Under the pieces are notes generated by a model, which saw nothing but the letters and a program-made list of their open reading frames with translations, had not been told where the DNA came from and did not search any database. Of a stretch of 64,000 bases of DNA, positions 41,187 to 50,900 are shown one piece after another (within the stretch, counting starts at the first letter, position 1; the number at the start of each line of letters is the position of its first letter). The position numbers and the translations under genes are program-made. Source of the DNA: a virus; the IMG/VR virus record IMGVR_UViG_3300045988_179014, positions 280,890 to 344,889 of that record. One strand, 5' to 3'.

Positions 41187-41486
41187 GGTGGTCCTCTAAC
41201 CTTCCAAATTCATTCAACGGCTTGTAGAAATGGTTCTGACAATAGGTCATCCCACAACTGTTGCAGATTCTCTATCCCTCTGAGTAAATACATTCATATG
41301 TCAAGTATAACAACACCATGCTTGCACAACTAGAACGGTATTCACATCCATACAACCTGATGAGATTGACCTCACCAATTGCCACTGTTTCAATGTTTGC
41401 AACCCTGTCTGCTACAATTGAGTTGTATGATGTCAGGATGGGGCTTCTCGATACCTTCATAATCAAACTCTAGCATTGGAGACAAC

Positions 41487-41732
41487 ATGTACGTTTTGGC
41501 GGTTGACATTGACAGCATTGATGCCCAATCTCCACGTTATGAGGTAGATATGGACGCTGAACTAGCTTGTCCTGAAGATTACAAGGTGTTCCTGGAAGAA
41601 TTCTGGGTATCTCATGCTGGAACCGACCATGGCCCCTTCCATACCAAAAACGAAGTAGAACATTTCATCAAAGAAACACTAAAACAAGATGAGGTGCAAA
41701 TCTTCGTCAATACTGTGGTATGGAATGAGTAA
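41487..41732 (+). CDS. Small acidic hypothetical protein (81 aa)
   Basis: It is the only plus-strand ORF in a 42-kb minus-strand block. GGAGA lies 5 nt before the ATG. A 16-bp palindromic hairpin follows. Confidence 0.35.
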   Translation: MYVLAVDIDSIDAQSPRYEVDMDAELACPEDYKVFLEEFWVSHAGTDHGPFHTKNEVEHFIKETLKQDEVQIFVNTVVWNE

Positions 41733-41784
41733 AATACATCAACATGTTAAAAACAAACCATTGACATGAATATAGTGCATAGTG

Positions 41785-41830
41785 TGTGGCATCAAGTGGT
41801 GTGATAGATGAGTTACCACTTGATGCCACA
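41785..41830. terminator. 16-bp perfect inverted repeat hairpin
   Basis: The sequence is tgtggcatcaagtggt gtgatagatgagtt accacttgatgccaca. It lies just downstream of the DUF559-like gene (minus) and of the small plus-strand ORF. No clean U-tract follows. Confidence 0.4.
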
Positions 41831-41881
41831 ATTGTGTAATGGGGGGATTCGTGCAGTGACGAGCTAATTACCGCGCCCCAT

Positions 41882-42289
41882 TCAAGCAGCACGTTTTTCC
41901 CATGTCCACTTTTGGTCCCGTTCCAACCAACACTCATGTAACGCACGACCAATCACCCTATGCAAAACTGCCTCAACATCAGAACGTGAACTTCGCCAAT
42001 CAGACTCACTAATATGAAGCAATTGTATTCCTCGGTCAAAACAGCGATAGGTTTTCTTCCTATGGTATTCTTCAGCAGTCAATCCAGTATTCCATTTGAC
42101 CACTTTGTCAGAATGCCAATAATCACCATTGACTTCTATCCCGACACTCAAATTCGGCAAATAAATGTCAATCTCCATGGGAAAAATTGCGACATGCTCA
42201 TTTATTACAATGTCTAAACTCGTTGGAACAATAGTACGAACATATTGCAGAATTTCTTCTTCCAAACAACTTTTCACATCATGATTCAT
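41882..42289 (-). CDS. DUF559/Vsr-like (PD-(D/E)xK) endonuclease-like protein
   Basis: It has the pattern IDIYLPNLSVGIEVNGDYWHS...ISESDWRS typical of Vsr/DUF559 nuclease-fold domains. Its start overlaps the stop of the upstream zinc-ribbon gene by 4 nt. Confidence 0.5.
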   Translation of the reverse strand: MNHDVKSCLEEEILQYVRTIVPTSLDIVINEHVAIFPMEIDIYLPNLSVGIEVNGDYWHSDKVVKWNTGLTAEEYHRKKTYRCFDRGIQLLHISESDWRSSRSDVEAVLHRVIGRALHECWLERDQKWTWEKRAA

Positions 42290-43308
42290 TGTTTGTTATT
42301 CCTACCCCATGAAACAGTTATTTTAGGTCCTCTACGCCCGAATGAAACACCCAAAGACGCCAAAGCCCCATTCCTTCTGGTTCGGGTAAATTCAACAATG
42401 CCACCCAATGTTGACACTTTCTTGACTTCAGACAATGTATCCGCTGTAACATCCTGAAGTGAAGAAGACTCCATCACAGAATTCATTGTCCCCGTCTCTG
42501 ATTGTTCCATGATGTTGGAATCATTTGAAACTATTTTTTCATCGGCTGTATCAGAAGCGTATAGTTTACCATCCACAGCATCTAATATTCTGGTTGTGGT
42601 TTCAATGTTGGTAATGGACACATCATCGTCTGCAAGAACCTCATCTGTTACTACACGTAATTGCTTTATTCTATTACAGGTGGGACATTCTTGACTTTGC
42701 AAACGTTCCTGTAAAGACAATGTGTATGTATGTGATGCATTAGGACATATCCACACCAACTGTTGAGTATCATTCATTCGTAACTCTTTGGGATTCACAC
42801 CAGAAAGTTGTGCCTGCAATTCTTGAAGTAATTCTGGGTGTGCATCCATGACCAACGCTGTATCAGGAATAGAATCCAACAAAGATTTGGAATCAGTATT
42901 GTTTGCAGCACACTCAGGACATCTACCTGCACATGCTATCTGATTTTGAACCCGTCTCTGGTAGGTGTGTCCATTATCGCAGGTCCACAACAGGTTCTTC
43001 TTGCTACCATATGTGACTTCATCAGCCTGAAACGGGGAATTCACATCCACCAGTTTTGCCAATTCTGGATGTGTCAGACTCAGTGGTTTGGTTCCTTTGT
43101 ACTGACATGTCACAGAACAAAGTTTTGGGTTGGTTTTACGAATGACATGGCGAGGAGTTGATTGATACGTGTGTCCATTCTGACATTTGAACACCAATTT
43201 CACATTCGTACCATAAGTTACTTCTGATGGAGTAATAGGTGACTGACTGGACACCAATTTAGCAATGTCTGGATGAGTGACTGCTAAGGATTGTGGTTTG
43301 GATATCAT
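42286..43308 (-). CDS. Zinc-ribbon repeat protein (three or more CxxGH...C..C ribbons, DUF4379-like)
   Basis: It has repeated modules VTYGTNVKLVFKCQNGHTYQ, VTYGSKKNLLWTCDNGHTYQ...CPEC and LVWICPNASHTYT...CPTC. The C-terminal third is low-complexity and acidic. Confidence 0.5.
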   Translation of the reverse strand: MISKPQSLAVTHPDIAKLVSSQSPITPSEVTYGTNVKLVFKCQNGHTYQSTPRHVIRKTNPKLCSVTCQYKGTKPLSLTHPELAKLVDVNSPFQADEVTYGSKKNLLWTCDNGHTYQRRVQNQIACAGRCPECAANNTDSKSLLDSIPDTALVMDAHPELLQELQAQLSGVNPKELRMNDTQQLVWICPNASHTYTLSLQERLQSQECPTCNRIKQLRVVTDEVLADDDVSITNIETTTRILDAVDGKLYASDTADEKIVSNDSNIMEQSETGTMNSVMESSSLQDVTADTLSEVKKVSTLGGIVEFTRTRRNGALASLGVSFGRRGPKITVSWGRNNKQ

Positions 43309-43393
43309 GGTAGATTTCCTTCTGATAGCCTATTTTCTACCATGATACCCAAATCATAATATTGCACTGTTTCAAAAACTGCTCATTAATCCA

Positions 43394-44092
43394 TCAGAAT
43401 TCAGCCCAACCGGCGGGACTTGGTAGAGGAACACGGTCAGCTTCAGGAGAACTAGCGCTCACACTTGACATACTGGCTGACAACCACTCAAACAAAGGCC
43501 CAAACGACATACCCCGCAAAGAAACACTCTCTCGGTTTCCCAATGAATCCAATTCAGCCTTGTCAGTGCCATCACCCACGCCAATCGCGAAGAAAGACAG
43601 TTTCTTGCCAGCTTCCATTTCTTTTATTCGAGAAGATGCAGCTGCCATGTCCTCTTTGGAAGAAGTGGATAAACCATCGGTGAGGAAAATGACCATTGGT
43701 CGAGTATAAGGAATACCATTGCGTTTGTAGTCCTGTTTACGATTCTCCAAATGGTCCAAACCAACTTGAATGGCTTTTGCCGAATTGGTGATACCCATAG
43801 GAATCAAATGAGGCAAAACCACATCATCAACAGTGGCAAAAGGAGTGGGTTCAGCAGGGGTGGTTCCGAACATCAAAAATGACAATTCCACCCTAGCTTT
43901 GGCCAATGGGTCTTTACGAATTGATGCAATAAGTGTATCCAACCCACCACTCAATTCATCTAATGGACTACGCTGCTCCCCAGGCCAAATCTGACACATG
44001 GAATCCGAAGCATCGATGAGAACCAGACAAGCACTACGCTGACTGGGATTGTTAGCAAACTCAACTTCACCAAACCAATCTTGTTCTGTCAT
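43394..44092 (-). CDS. TerY-like von Willebrand factor A (vWA) domain protein
   Basis: It has a MIDAS motif LVLIDASDSM, then T at GITNSAKAI and an acidic loop VIFLTDGLSTSS, and then FFAIGVGDGTDKAEL. The 232-aa size and layout match TerY-type vWA. Confidence 0.65.
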   Translation of the reverse strand: MTEQDWFGEVEFANNPSQRSACLVLIDASDSMCQIWPGEQRSPLDELSGGLDTLIASIRKDPLAKARVELSFLMFGTTPAEPTPFATVDDVVLPHLIPMGITNSAKAIQVGLDHLENRKQDYKRNGIPYTRPMVIFLTDGLSTSSKEDMAAASSRIKEMEAGKKLSFFAIGVGDGTDKAELDSLGNRESVSLRGMSFGPLFEWLSASMSSVSASSPEADRVPLPSPAGWAEF

Positions 44093-44634
44093 TGATTCAT
44101 CCTTTCCCCATTTATATGGTTTTCACTCAACTTATATGACATGCACAAGTCACAATAACATTTCCCACAATTCAACGGGTTTTCACATGCATACACCTCA
44201 AAATATCTAATTCCTGAGAACATACCTTTGTTTTTGGTCAATCAACTCAACTTGTTTGAATCAACGACAATCCACTACTTACGCCAACAAGATTTCATGT
44301 CTCATGCTCTCGTCAGTTTCAGCTTGCATATGGATTTCGTTGCACGCACACATGTAAAATATGTCAAGGTTTACCAGCTTTACATCAAAACATTACAAGT
44401 TCCCGATGGTTTCTTCTTGTCATGAAAGCCATAGTTTTAATCAAACAATATGACACAAAACAATATGGCATATTCTGATACCTGCCTGGTTCAGTAAGGT
44501 TCAAAGCTACTCAAGTGGAACAACGCAAAATGCAAAAACTCTATTCACTCATTATTGGTTAAATAGTCAAGATGGCACGAACTAATTGACAATCAACATA
44601 CCGTCTATGTATGCTTCAACATTTGGTGTTTGAT

Positions 44635-45081
44635 TCACACCATATCCAATGTTGAAAGTTTGACATTGGATGTGAAAAACTCCAACGTTTTACGCCAAGC
44701 TATGGACACATCATCAGGAACTTGAGCAAACAATGAATTCTCATGCACGAATATTTCACCTTCTAAAGGAACGATGGTCGTGCGCTCATCAATAGTGTCA
44801 ACAATACTTTGGTTGTTTTTGTTTCTCTGAACCAAAGATGGGTACAAAGCAGTATTGAATCTTTCCAAGAGTTGACTACTACCAGTCACCATGCCATATG
44901 ATTTTTCCATGGTTTCTGGACGCCAAGGGATGAGAGGGTCAGAAGTCACCAATGTTCCATTCTTCCACGACCACCCATTGTGAAGAGCGAACAGTACATA
45001 TTTCAAAACTTCATTACCGTTACGAAACCGGTCAGGGTAAGCACGAAGACAACGCTGAATCAAGGTTTTAGGTCCCACCAT
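44635..45081 (-). CDS. Hypothetical protein (148 aa)
   Basis: This is an ORF in the operon orientation. No motifs were recognised. Confidence 0.35.
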   Translation of the reverse strand: MVGPKTLIQRCLRAYPDRFRNGNEVLKYVLFALHNGWSWKNGTLVTSDPLIPWRPETMEKSYGMVTGSSQLLERFNTALYPSLVQRNKNNQSIVDTIDERTTIVPLEGEIFVHENSLFAQVPDDVSIAWRKTLEFFTSNVKLSTLDMV

Positions 45082-45356
45082 ATTTCCTTCCGTACCCTAC
45101 AAACACATAATCAATGCAATTTTACCGATACCTGTAAAATACACAGTTTTCAACAATCACGCTGTTTCCTTCTCAGACATTGGAGTGTTATCAGGAATCA
45201 AGAAGAACTATGAAAACATTTGTATACAAACTAAAACCTACTTAAACAACAAATTCTTCAAAACCAAACAAGCCCACAAGTATTTAACTCATGGGCTTGT
45301 TCAAATTGATTGTTGCAATTCTGTGAAGGTGGATTCTGTTTCAATTGTTTATTCAA

Positions 45357-45980
45357 TTATGGGTTATAGTAATTCCTGTCATGACCCAAAACGTGGAGGT
45401 TCTGTGAAAGGTTGTACAGGTTGATTGGAAGCACTTGTAGTGGATTGAGACGAGGTTGGGTGCTCTGAGATGTAAATGATGTTCCAAAGCCGTCAGAACC
45501 TTGTTGGAACGGCTGTGATGATGCGTTTTGAGGTGAAACATAACCATTGGATGATGCATGATGGCTTTGCTGGGAGGCCTGCAAATATTCAGGTAGGACA
45601 GTCATGAAGAAGGTTACAAGAGCCACTACCCAGAACATGAACCAAATCAAAGAAGCTGATGCCAACACTAGTCCTGGTACCCAAGAAACAATCCATGGAA
45701 GAATAGTCCACAAGAACCCGGAAACACCTTGAACAATAATTACCACAGCCACCCAGAAAGCGCGTTTTGGCTTTGATGCCACAATATACGTAACGCTCAA
45801 CAGCACAGGAATCAACAATCCCAATATGGCAATCGCTAGACGAACCCCTGGAGACAATCTCCTTACACGTTTATCAAACTCTTCTGCTACAGCATATCCT
45901 TGTCTTACCCATTTCTGTGAATCATTCATCTGTTCTTCTCCTATTTTAAAATCCCCATCATGTATTTTATCGTGTTTCAT
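45357..45980 (-). CDS. Membrane protein with 3-4 TM helices and Q/S/P-rich C-terminus
   Basis: It has hydrophobic segments LAIAILGLLIPVLLSVTYIVA, AFWVAVVIIVQGVSGFLWTILPWIV and WFMFWVVALVTFF. Its tail is low-complexity. Confidence 0.45.
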   Translation of the reverse strand: MKHDKIHDGDFKIGEEQMNDSQKWVRQGYAVAEEFDKRVRRLSPGVRLAIAILGLLIPVLLSVTYIVASKPKRAFWVAVVIIVQGVSGFLWTILPWIVSWVPGLVLASASLIWFMFWVVALVTFFMTVLPEYLQASQQSHHASSNGYVSPQNASSQPFQQGSDGFGTSFTSQSTQPRLNPLQVLPINLYNLSQNLHVLGHDRNYYNP

Positions 45981-46246
45981 TAATCACTCTATATACATCC
46001 ACTCATCACGTAATTGTTGAACACTAAACAATCAAAACACATCCGAAACTATTAAGGTCTGATGCGTTAAGACAAGCTGCAAAACAAATAAAAACCAGCT
46101 GTGAACTACTTGGAGCTATGTTGTAATACGGCTTATCTGGTTATTACGGCTCATATAGTAGAATGTGTCGGTATCGTGGATGAATCTGTTCTCCTAAAAC
46201 CCATAATAATGCTCTGTGTTATTAAGACAAGCCCGAAGATGTCAGA

Positions 46247-46564
46247 TTAGGTGTTCATGATAGTGGTCGTATTTTTAGTATGGGTTCTCATAGAGAGTAT
46301 TATTCTTGTCAGTGGAAGAACGACCTGAGAAGAACATCCTTGACTTGTGAAGAATCCATCAGGTTGGGACGTTTCTATGTATACACAGTCATTATACTGA
46401 GCAATCGCCTCTTGTGAAACGACAAAACCTTTGAGATGGCGTTGAATCTCATTATACTCAGTGTCTAATGTTGTACAATTCATAAATACTGCAAAAACCG
46501 AATAAGTAACAAAGTAAATCATAACAAACCTACCCCATATTGGCAGGTCTTCGTAAACAATCAA
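46247..46564 (-). CDS. Small hypothetical membrane/lipoprotein-like protein
   Basis: It has an N-terminal hydrophobic stretch ending in Cys (VFAVFMNCTT). This is weak evidence. Confidence 0.3.
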   Translation of the reverse strand: MIVYEDLPIWGRFVMIYFVTYSVFAVFMNCTTLDTEYNEIQRHLKGFVVSQEAIAQYNDCVYIETSQPDGFFTSQGCSSQVVLPLTRIILSMRTHTKNTTTIMNT

Positions 46565-46763
46565 CTAGAAAGATTGAAAATACCTTATGTTGTGTTTTAT
46601 CTCCAATGACCAAATACCAAATGTTGAGTTATTGCAAGTATCAAATCAATGTTGCTCCAAGCCAAACACAATGAATTCTGCTAAAATCGAACACTGATTC
46701 AATATGATGGGTTTGTTGTTCTTATGAAAGTAGAATACAGTATTACCATGAAGTAAAGAAGGT

Positions 46764-47063
46764 TTGAAGATGTTCACAATACTGGTCATATTTATAGCAT
46801 GGGTAATAACAGGTTGTATCATTCTTGGTGGACTCAACAGTGGGATAACGAAGCAAGACGGGCTCTCTTTGACACGTGAAGAATCCATTGTGTTCGGGTT
46901 TTTTCACTTATGTGCAACTGGTTTCCTAAGTAACTGTATACTATGGGACAACAACTCGGTTCTGAACACAATTTTGCACATTATTATGGGTGGTGCAACG
47001 TGTTACTATTTTTACATTTACTGCGCCACAGACCAGAAAACGCATACGAACAAGCCACAATAA
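46764..47063 (+). CDS. Small putative lipoprotein
   Basis: The probable start is ATG 46770 with GAAGG 7 nt upstream. The signal peptide has lipobox WVITGC. Confidence 0.4.
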   Translation: MKMFTILVIFIAWVITGCIILGGLNSGITKQDGLSLTREESIVFGFFHLCATGFLSNCILWDNNSVLNTILHIIMGGATCYYFYIYCATDQKTHTNKPQ

Positions 47064-47183
47064 TAACTTAAAACTAGTTGGATGTTTCAAACATTCTCTA
47101 CTGTATTACCCTTATCAACTAAACCAAAATAGGGCAGAATTGCAAGTGTTAGATTTGCAATTCTGCCCACAATAATTGGTGCG

Positions 47184-47441
47184 CTACTTTTTACTGCGTG
47201 TTGTAACATCCAATAAAAATGTTGCCAAGATAATGATTATAAACAACTGGTATATCTTATAATTATCCCACCAAGCAACATTTATTAGAAAAATTGTCCA
47301 ACCCAGCTGCCTTAGTACGCCTGCGAATAGGCTTCTTTTAGGGTCTTTCAAAGCACCGTTTCGTGCTGCATCGATGATAATCCATAAAATATAAGCATTA
47401 CCAATCCACCCCACAGACAACACCAACAGCAGTACAACCAT
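47184..47441 (-). CDS. Small membrane protein (85 aa)
   Basis: It has two hydrophobic helices. It is the last gene before the ORF-free region. Confidence 0.3.
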   Translation of the reverse strand: MVVLLLVLSVGWIGNAYILWIIIDAARNGALKDPKRSLFAGVLRQLGWTIFLINVAWWDNYKIYQLFIIIILATFLLDVTTRSKK

Positions 47442-49426
47442 AAGATTCCTCGTTTCTGTTTCACAGTAGATGGAAACATTATAGCTTCATGTAGATGAAG
47501 AGTCAAAAGTTCCTGTGTTCCAAAAAGCAGGTTGAATCCAAAACCGTCTCAATAACGTATCTCAAACCGACTATGGTGTCATTTGCAAAAGTACTGACAC
47601 CGAACACAATCAAATAAGATTTCCTGGTTACGACCATCTAACCACTACAGTAGACTTTCATCTGTGTTGCATGTGTGAAAAGATTTGTTCAAAACACTGT
47701 ACACCTATCATGTATGAAGATGTTGCATTGAGTCGTCAAGCTGAAACGAAGCACAAGAAAAACTATCAAAAAATATACAATAAATCAGCCAATAACAGTT
47801 AAATTAATACTTGAATTTCGAATTATTCGAGTCCAACTAAACACACAATAGCAACACACCAAAACGTTCAAAATATATGCTAACCACAACCAGTACAGAT
47901 ACCAATAAATCAACAAAATCTCGACAAGAATAACTCAACAATAAACATCAAGAAATACACAAAATTGTTTCGGTAAAAATATATGGTTACCACCAACAAT
48001 GATTAACACCAAAAATCGGTCTTTCATCATGCAAAGTGGGTAATAACAACCAAGGCGCCAAATCAACGAACAAAGCACCTAATCGAAGTATTTGACGAAG
48101 CAGAACTGTACAAATCACTGGTATTACTAGTTTCAAATCCAAACCCCAACGAGATTAAGTCAACAATCAAACCAAACAACATGAATACACTCAATGATGA
48201 GACAAACAAACCATGAAAGGTAATTTCAGTTTTCAAGCTCTCCGTGACAAGTTTGATGTCTGTGATGGAGCAAACGTGGATACTTCTACGATTTACATTT
48301 CATCGCCATTACCACAGGAATTTGAACAAAGAAACAAGTGCTTGCAACCAAACCAAGAATTGAAACTACAACTCAACCCCATCATGTAAACAACCAATGT
48401 GTTGAACTTCTGCTGCTAAGACTTTATTTGACCACAACTCTGATTGCTGGAAACGGTGTTGACCACAAACCTACAGACGACGATTTGACAGGTTTTCAAG
48501 ACCATTAGCTAGAAACGGCTACACAACAAGACCCCAAAGCGCTGAGAATGGCACACAGAGCGTCTCAGGGGCATTGCAGGTTCAATGATGACCACCAATG
48601 GCCAAACACAATGGAGAAGTTGTTTCATCAGTCAAATCAATGAACCACGATTGTGAACGCCATCAAGAAGCGAATCCACTAGAATCCATTTAGAGCGCCT
48701 CAAAATGCTATACCCCTATCCGAGTCCACGTAAGACCCCTCAGGCTCTCAGAATGGCGTATAGGGCGTCTCAGGGGTATTGTAGGTGAATGTTGGGTTGT
48801 AAATTTTGCCCAACACTGAAGATTTTCGTACAGTTTGGAGTTGCAACAAAGTCAAGAACCAGACTCCAAGTGGAAGCAGATGATTGTTCTCAACCCTGAA
48901 TCGTTTGTGGGGTTGTGGTCATGAGAGCAATTTCTGAAGATGACCCAAGAAGCGAAACCAGTGAACCCATCGTCTGTGAAAAGTTGGTTTCCTGTTCCTG
49001 GGTTATGTATACAATAGCATACAAATGTTAGTAAGTTTTATTTCTTTCTTTCCCCCTCTCCCCCTCTGCACTCCCCCTATCACAAGTTTACTTTCCATGC
49101 GGTGTAAGATTTTTTGGAGTAGAGTTCTCCTGGGGTGATTTCGCCAGGATTTTCTAAACAATTTTTACACCGAGTAGAGCATCCTGTGCCAACACTTCAA
49201 CTGTACCAAGTTGGGTGGAAGCTGTTCATGCAACTCGTCAACCTTCACATCTTCAACAACACATTTTGATGCTGTTCATTGAAGGTTCATCCAACAAGAC
49301 GGAAGAACTGTGGGACACAAAACGTCACCAACTATGTGGAACAGTAACGAATTTCAGGAGAACAGGGGCTCTGGGTGGATTGTGAACGCATGAACCAGGT
49401 ACGATAGATACACTCCCCAACCAAGC
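47442..49426. other. 2-kb ORF-free region, strongly A+C-rich on the plus strand, located where gene orientation switches from minus to plus
   Basis: No ORF of 60 aa or longer occurs in any frame. Long runs such as caacaataaacatcaagaaatacacaaaattg are G/T-poor. It contains imperfect 55-bp direct repeats (48527-48581 and 48733-48787) and a CT-rich tract tttccccctctccccctctgcactccccct (49049-49078). Confidence 0.6.
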
Positions 49427-49861
49427 TTGTTACTCCAGATGGAGGTTCCCATGTTCCGGAATGTTCTTCATGAAACAGCGGCAACTCGTGCGCATGCTGC
49501 CATCATAAACATTCTTGAGGTGGAACGGACGTTATTGCGACATGAGCAGACGAATGCTCACAGTCGCGAACGATACCGGTTGTTCAGCATAGCCCACAGG
49601 GCATTTGTGGCGTCATGGAACAAACTCATGCCACAAACGGACCCATTGGGGTATGCATCAGCTTGGGATGCTCATGCTGGCAGTTCCCGGGCATTCTGGA
49701 GATTGGCCAAGGAAGTGGAACGATGCATGGTTCAGATTTTGAATGATGTTGCAGAAGACCTCTATTGGTTTCGTTCAGTCTCGTTTAGCCACGTACAAGC
49801 CAGTGAAGAAGCATTGCAAGATATTCTGGATTCACAGCACTCTCTGGTTTTGACATCCTGA
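49427..49861 (+). CDS. Hypothetical protein (144 aa)
   Basis: It is the first plus-strand ORF of the right-hand cluster. No motifs were recognised. Confidence 0.4.
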   Translation: MLLQMEVPMFRNVLHETAATRAHAAIINILEVERTLLRHEQTNAHSRERYRLFSIAHRAFVASWNKLMPQTDPLGYASAWDAHAGSSRAFWRLAKEVERCMVQILNDVAEDLYWFRSVSFSHVQASEEALQDILDSQHSLVLTS

Positions 49862-49883
49862 TTGCCAAACATGAAGAACCAGA

Positions 49884-50174
49884 GTGGAGCTGATACAACA
49901 CACATTGGCTCCATTGGAAGGTTTAATAATGGGATTCTGGCAAAAACTATTCTTTAATCATAAACAAAATAACACATCTGATTCCGCTTTAAACAATGAT
50001 GTAACCTCCAATTCTAACCAAGAACCAATAGGCGATGTGACCGCAAAATCAGATATCTCATTTGATGATTATTGGAAAAACACACCTGAAACAGAAAACA
50101 CGTTCCCAAATCCGTATTTGGAATATGACAATGAACTCAGTGATGAGGAACCATTGCCAGGTATCAATATGTAA
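49884..50174 (+). CDS. Hypothetical small protein (96 aa)
   Basis: It lies 22 nt after the previous gene. It has a hydrophobic N-terminus and an acidic tail. Confidence 0.35.
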   Translation: MELIQHTLAPLEGLIMGFWQKLFFNHKQNNTSDSALNNDVTSNSNQEPIGDVTAKSDISFDDYWKNTPETENTFPNPYLEYDNELSDEEPLPGINM

Positions 50175-50900
50175 ACACTCTACATGGAATCGACAGAGAA
50201 CAATTGGCAAAGATTATTTGTATATTGATGTAAAGTATTCAATGCGTTTATATCAAACTATAAAACATTAACAGCATAACAATATGGGTTGATATACCTG
50301 TCTGGCTCATTATTGATTGGTTTTGTATTTGTGGTATTGGATTGTTGCTATAACGGGTACAAATCTTGTTTTATACGCATTGTAATTTAATTGTTCACAG
50401 CTATTTTTCAAGAGCTGATAACGTGTCCATATTGATTAGATTAAATTTAAATGTATTTTGTTTTTAAAGCAGGTAAAAATCGCTTCTGTTCAGTGTAAAG
50501 ATACGAATGACGCCCTGAAACGATTCTATATATCTCGCTTTTCGGCTAACTCGATAAACTTTTTAAAATTCAATATTTACATTTACCGCATAAAACAATT
50601 TCTTTTGGACATTAACGAATCCCTCCCACAGAGAATCTTGTCTGCCATGACGTTTTCATACTTATTGTTTATTGGGGTTATTATTGGGTCTTAGTATGAT
50701 TACAGTTTTTCAACACACGAGAGAACGCAATACGAACAACAACAGAGTAATGAAGCTTGTAGTTGTATTTTGACACATTACAACAGTTGATGCGGATTGT
50801 GACATCGTTTGCTTTTCGCATGTAAGCAATTCCTCTGCTCCAACTATAATAGCTAATGGGTCAGAGTACTGAAATCACTGGATGAAGACAAACACCTTGA

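Noticed and set aside
41785-41830. The 16-bp perfect palindrome as an attachment site or IS inverted repeat.
   Set aside because: It is a single copy with no matching partner or transposase nearby. It is interpreted as a hairpin or terminator.
44228-44425. The 65-aa plus-strand ORF in the gap after the vWA gene.
   Set aside because: It has no SD site, lies opposite to all neighbours and sits in an AT-rich promoter-like region. It is probably not coding.
48560-48600. The ggttcaatgatg segment as a tRNA T-arm or tRNA fragment.
   Set aside because: There is no acceptor stem, anticodon arm or 3-prime CCA context. It is an isolated resemblance only.
49041-49078. The C-rich tract tttccccctctccccctctgcactccccct as a phase-variable homopolymer.
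   Set aside because: The runs are only 5 C each, which is too short for efficient slipped-strand switching. It is noted as low complexity only.
47442-49426. The ORF-free region as chromosomal oriC.
   Set aside because: The gene-orientation switch fits, but no dnaA or dnaN gene and no clustered DnaA boxes are visible. It is kept as a finding but not called an origin.
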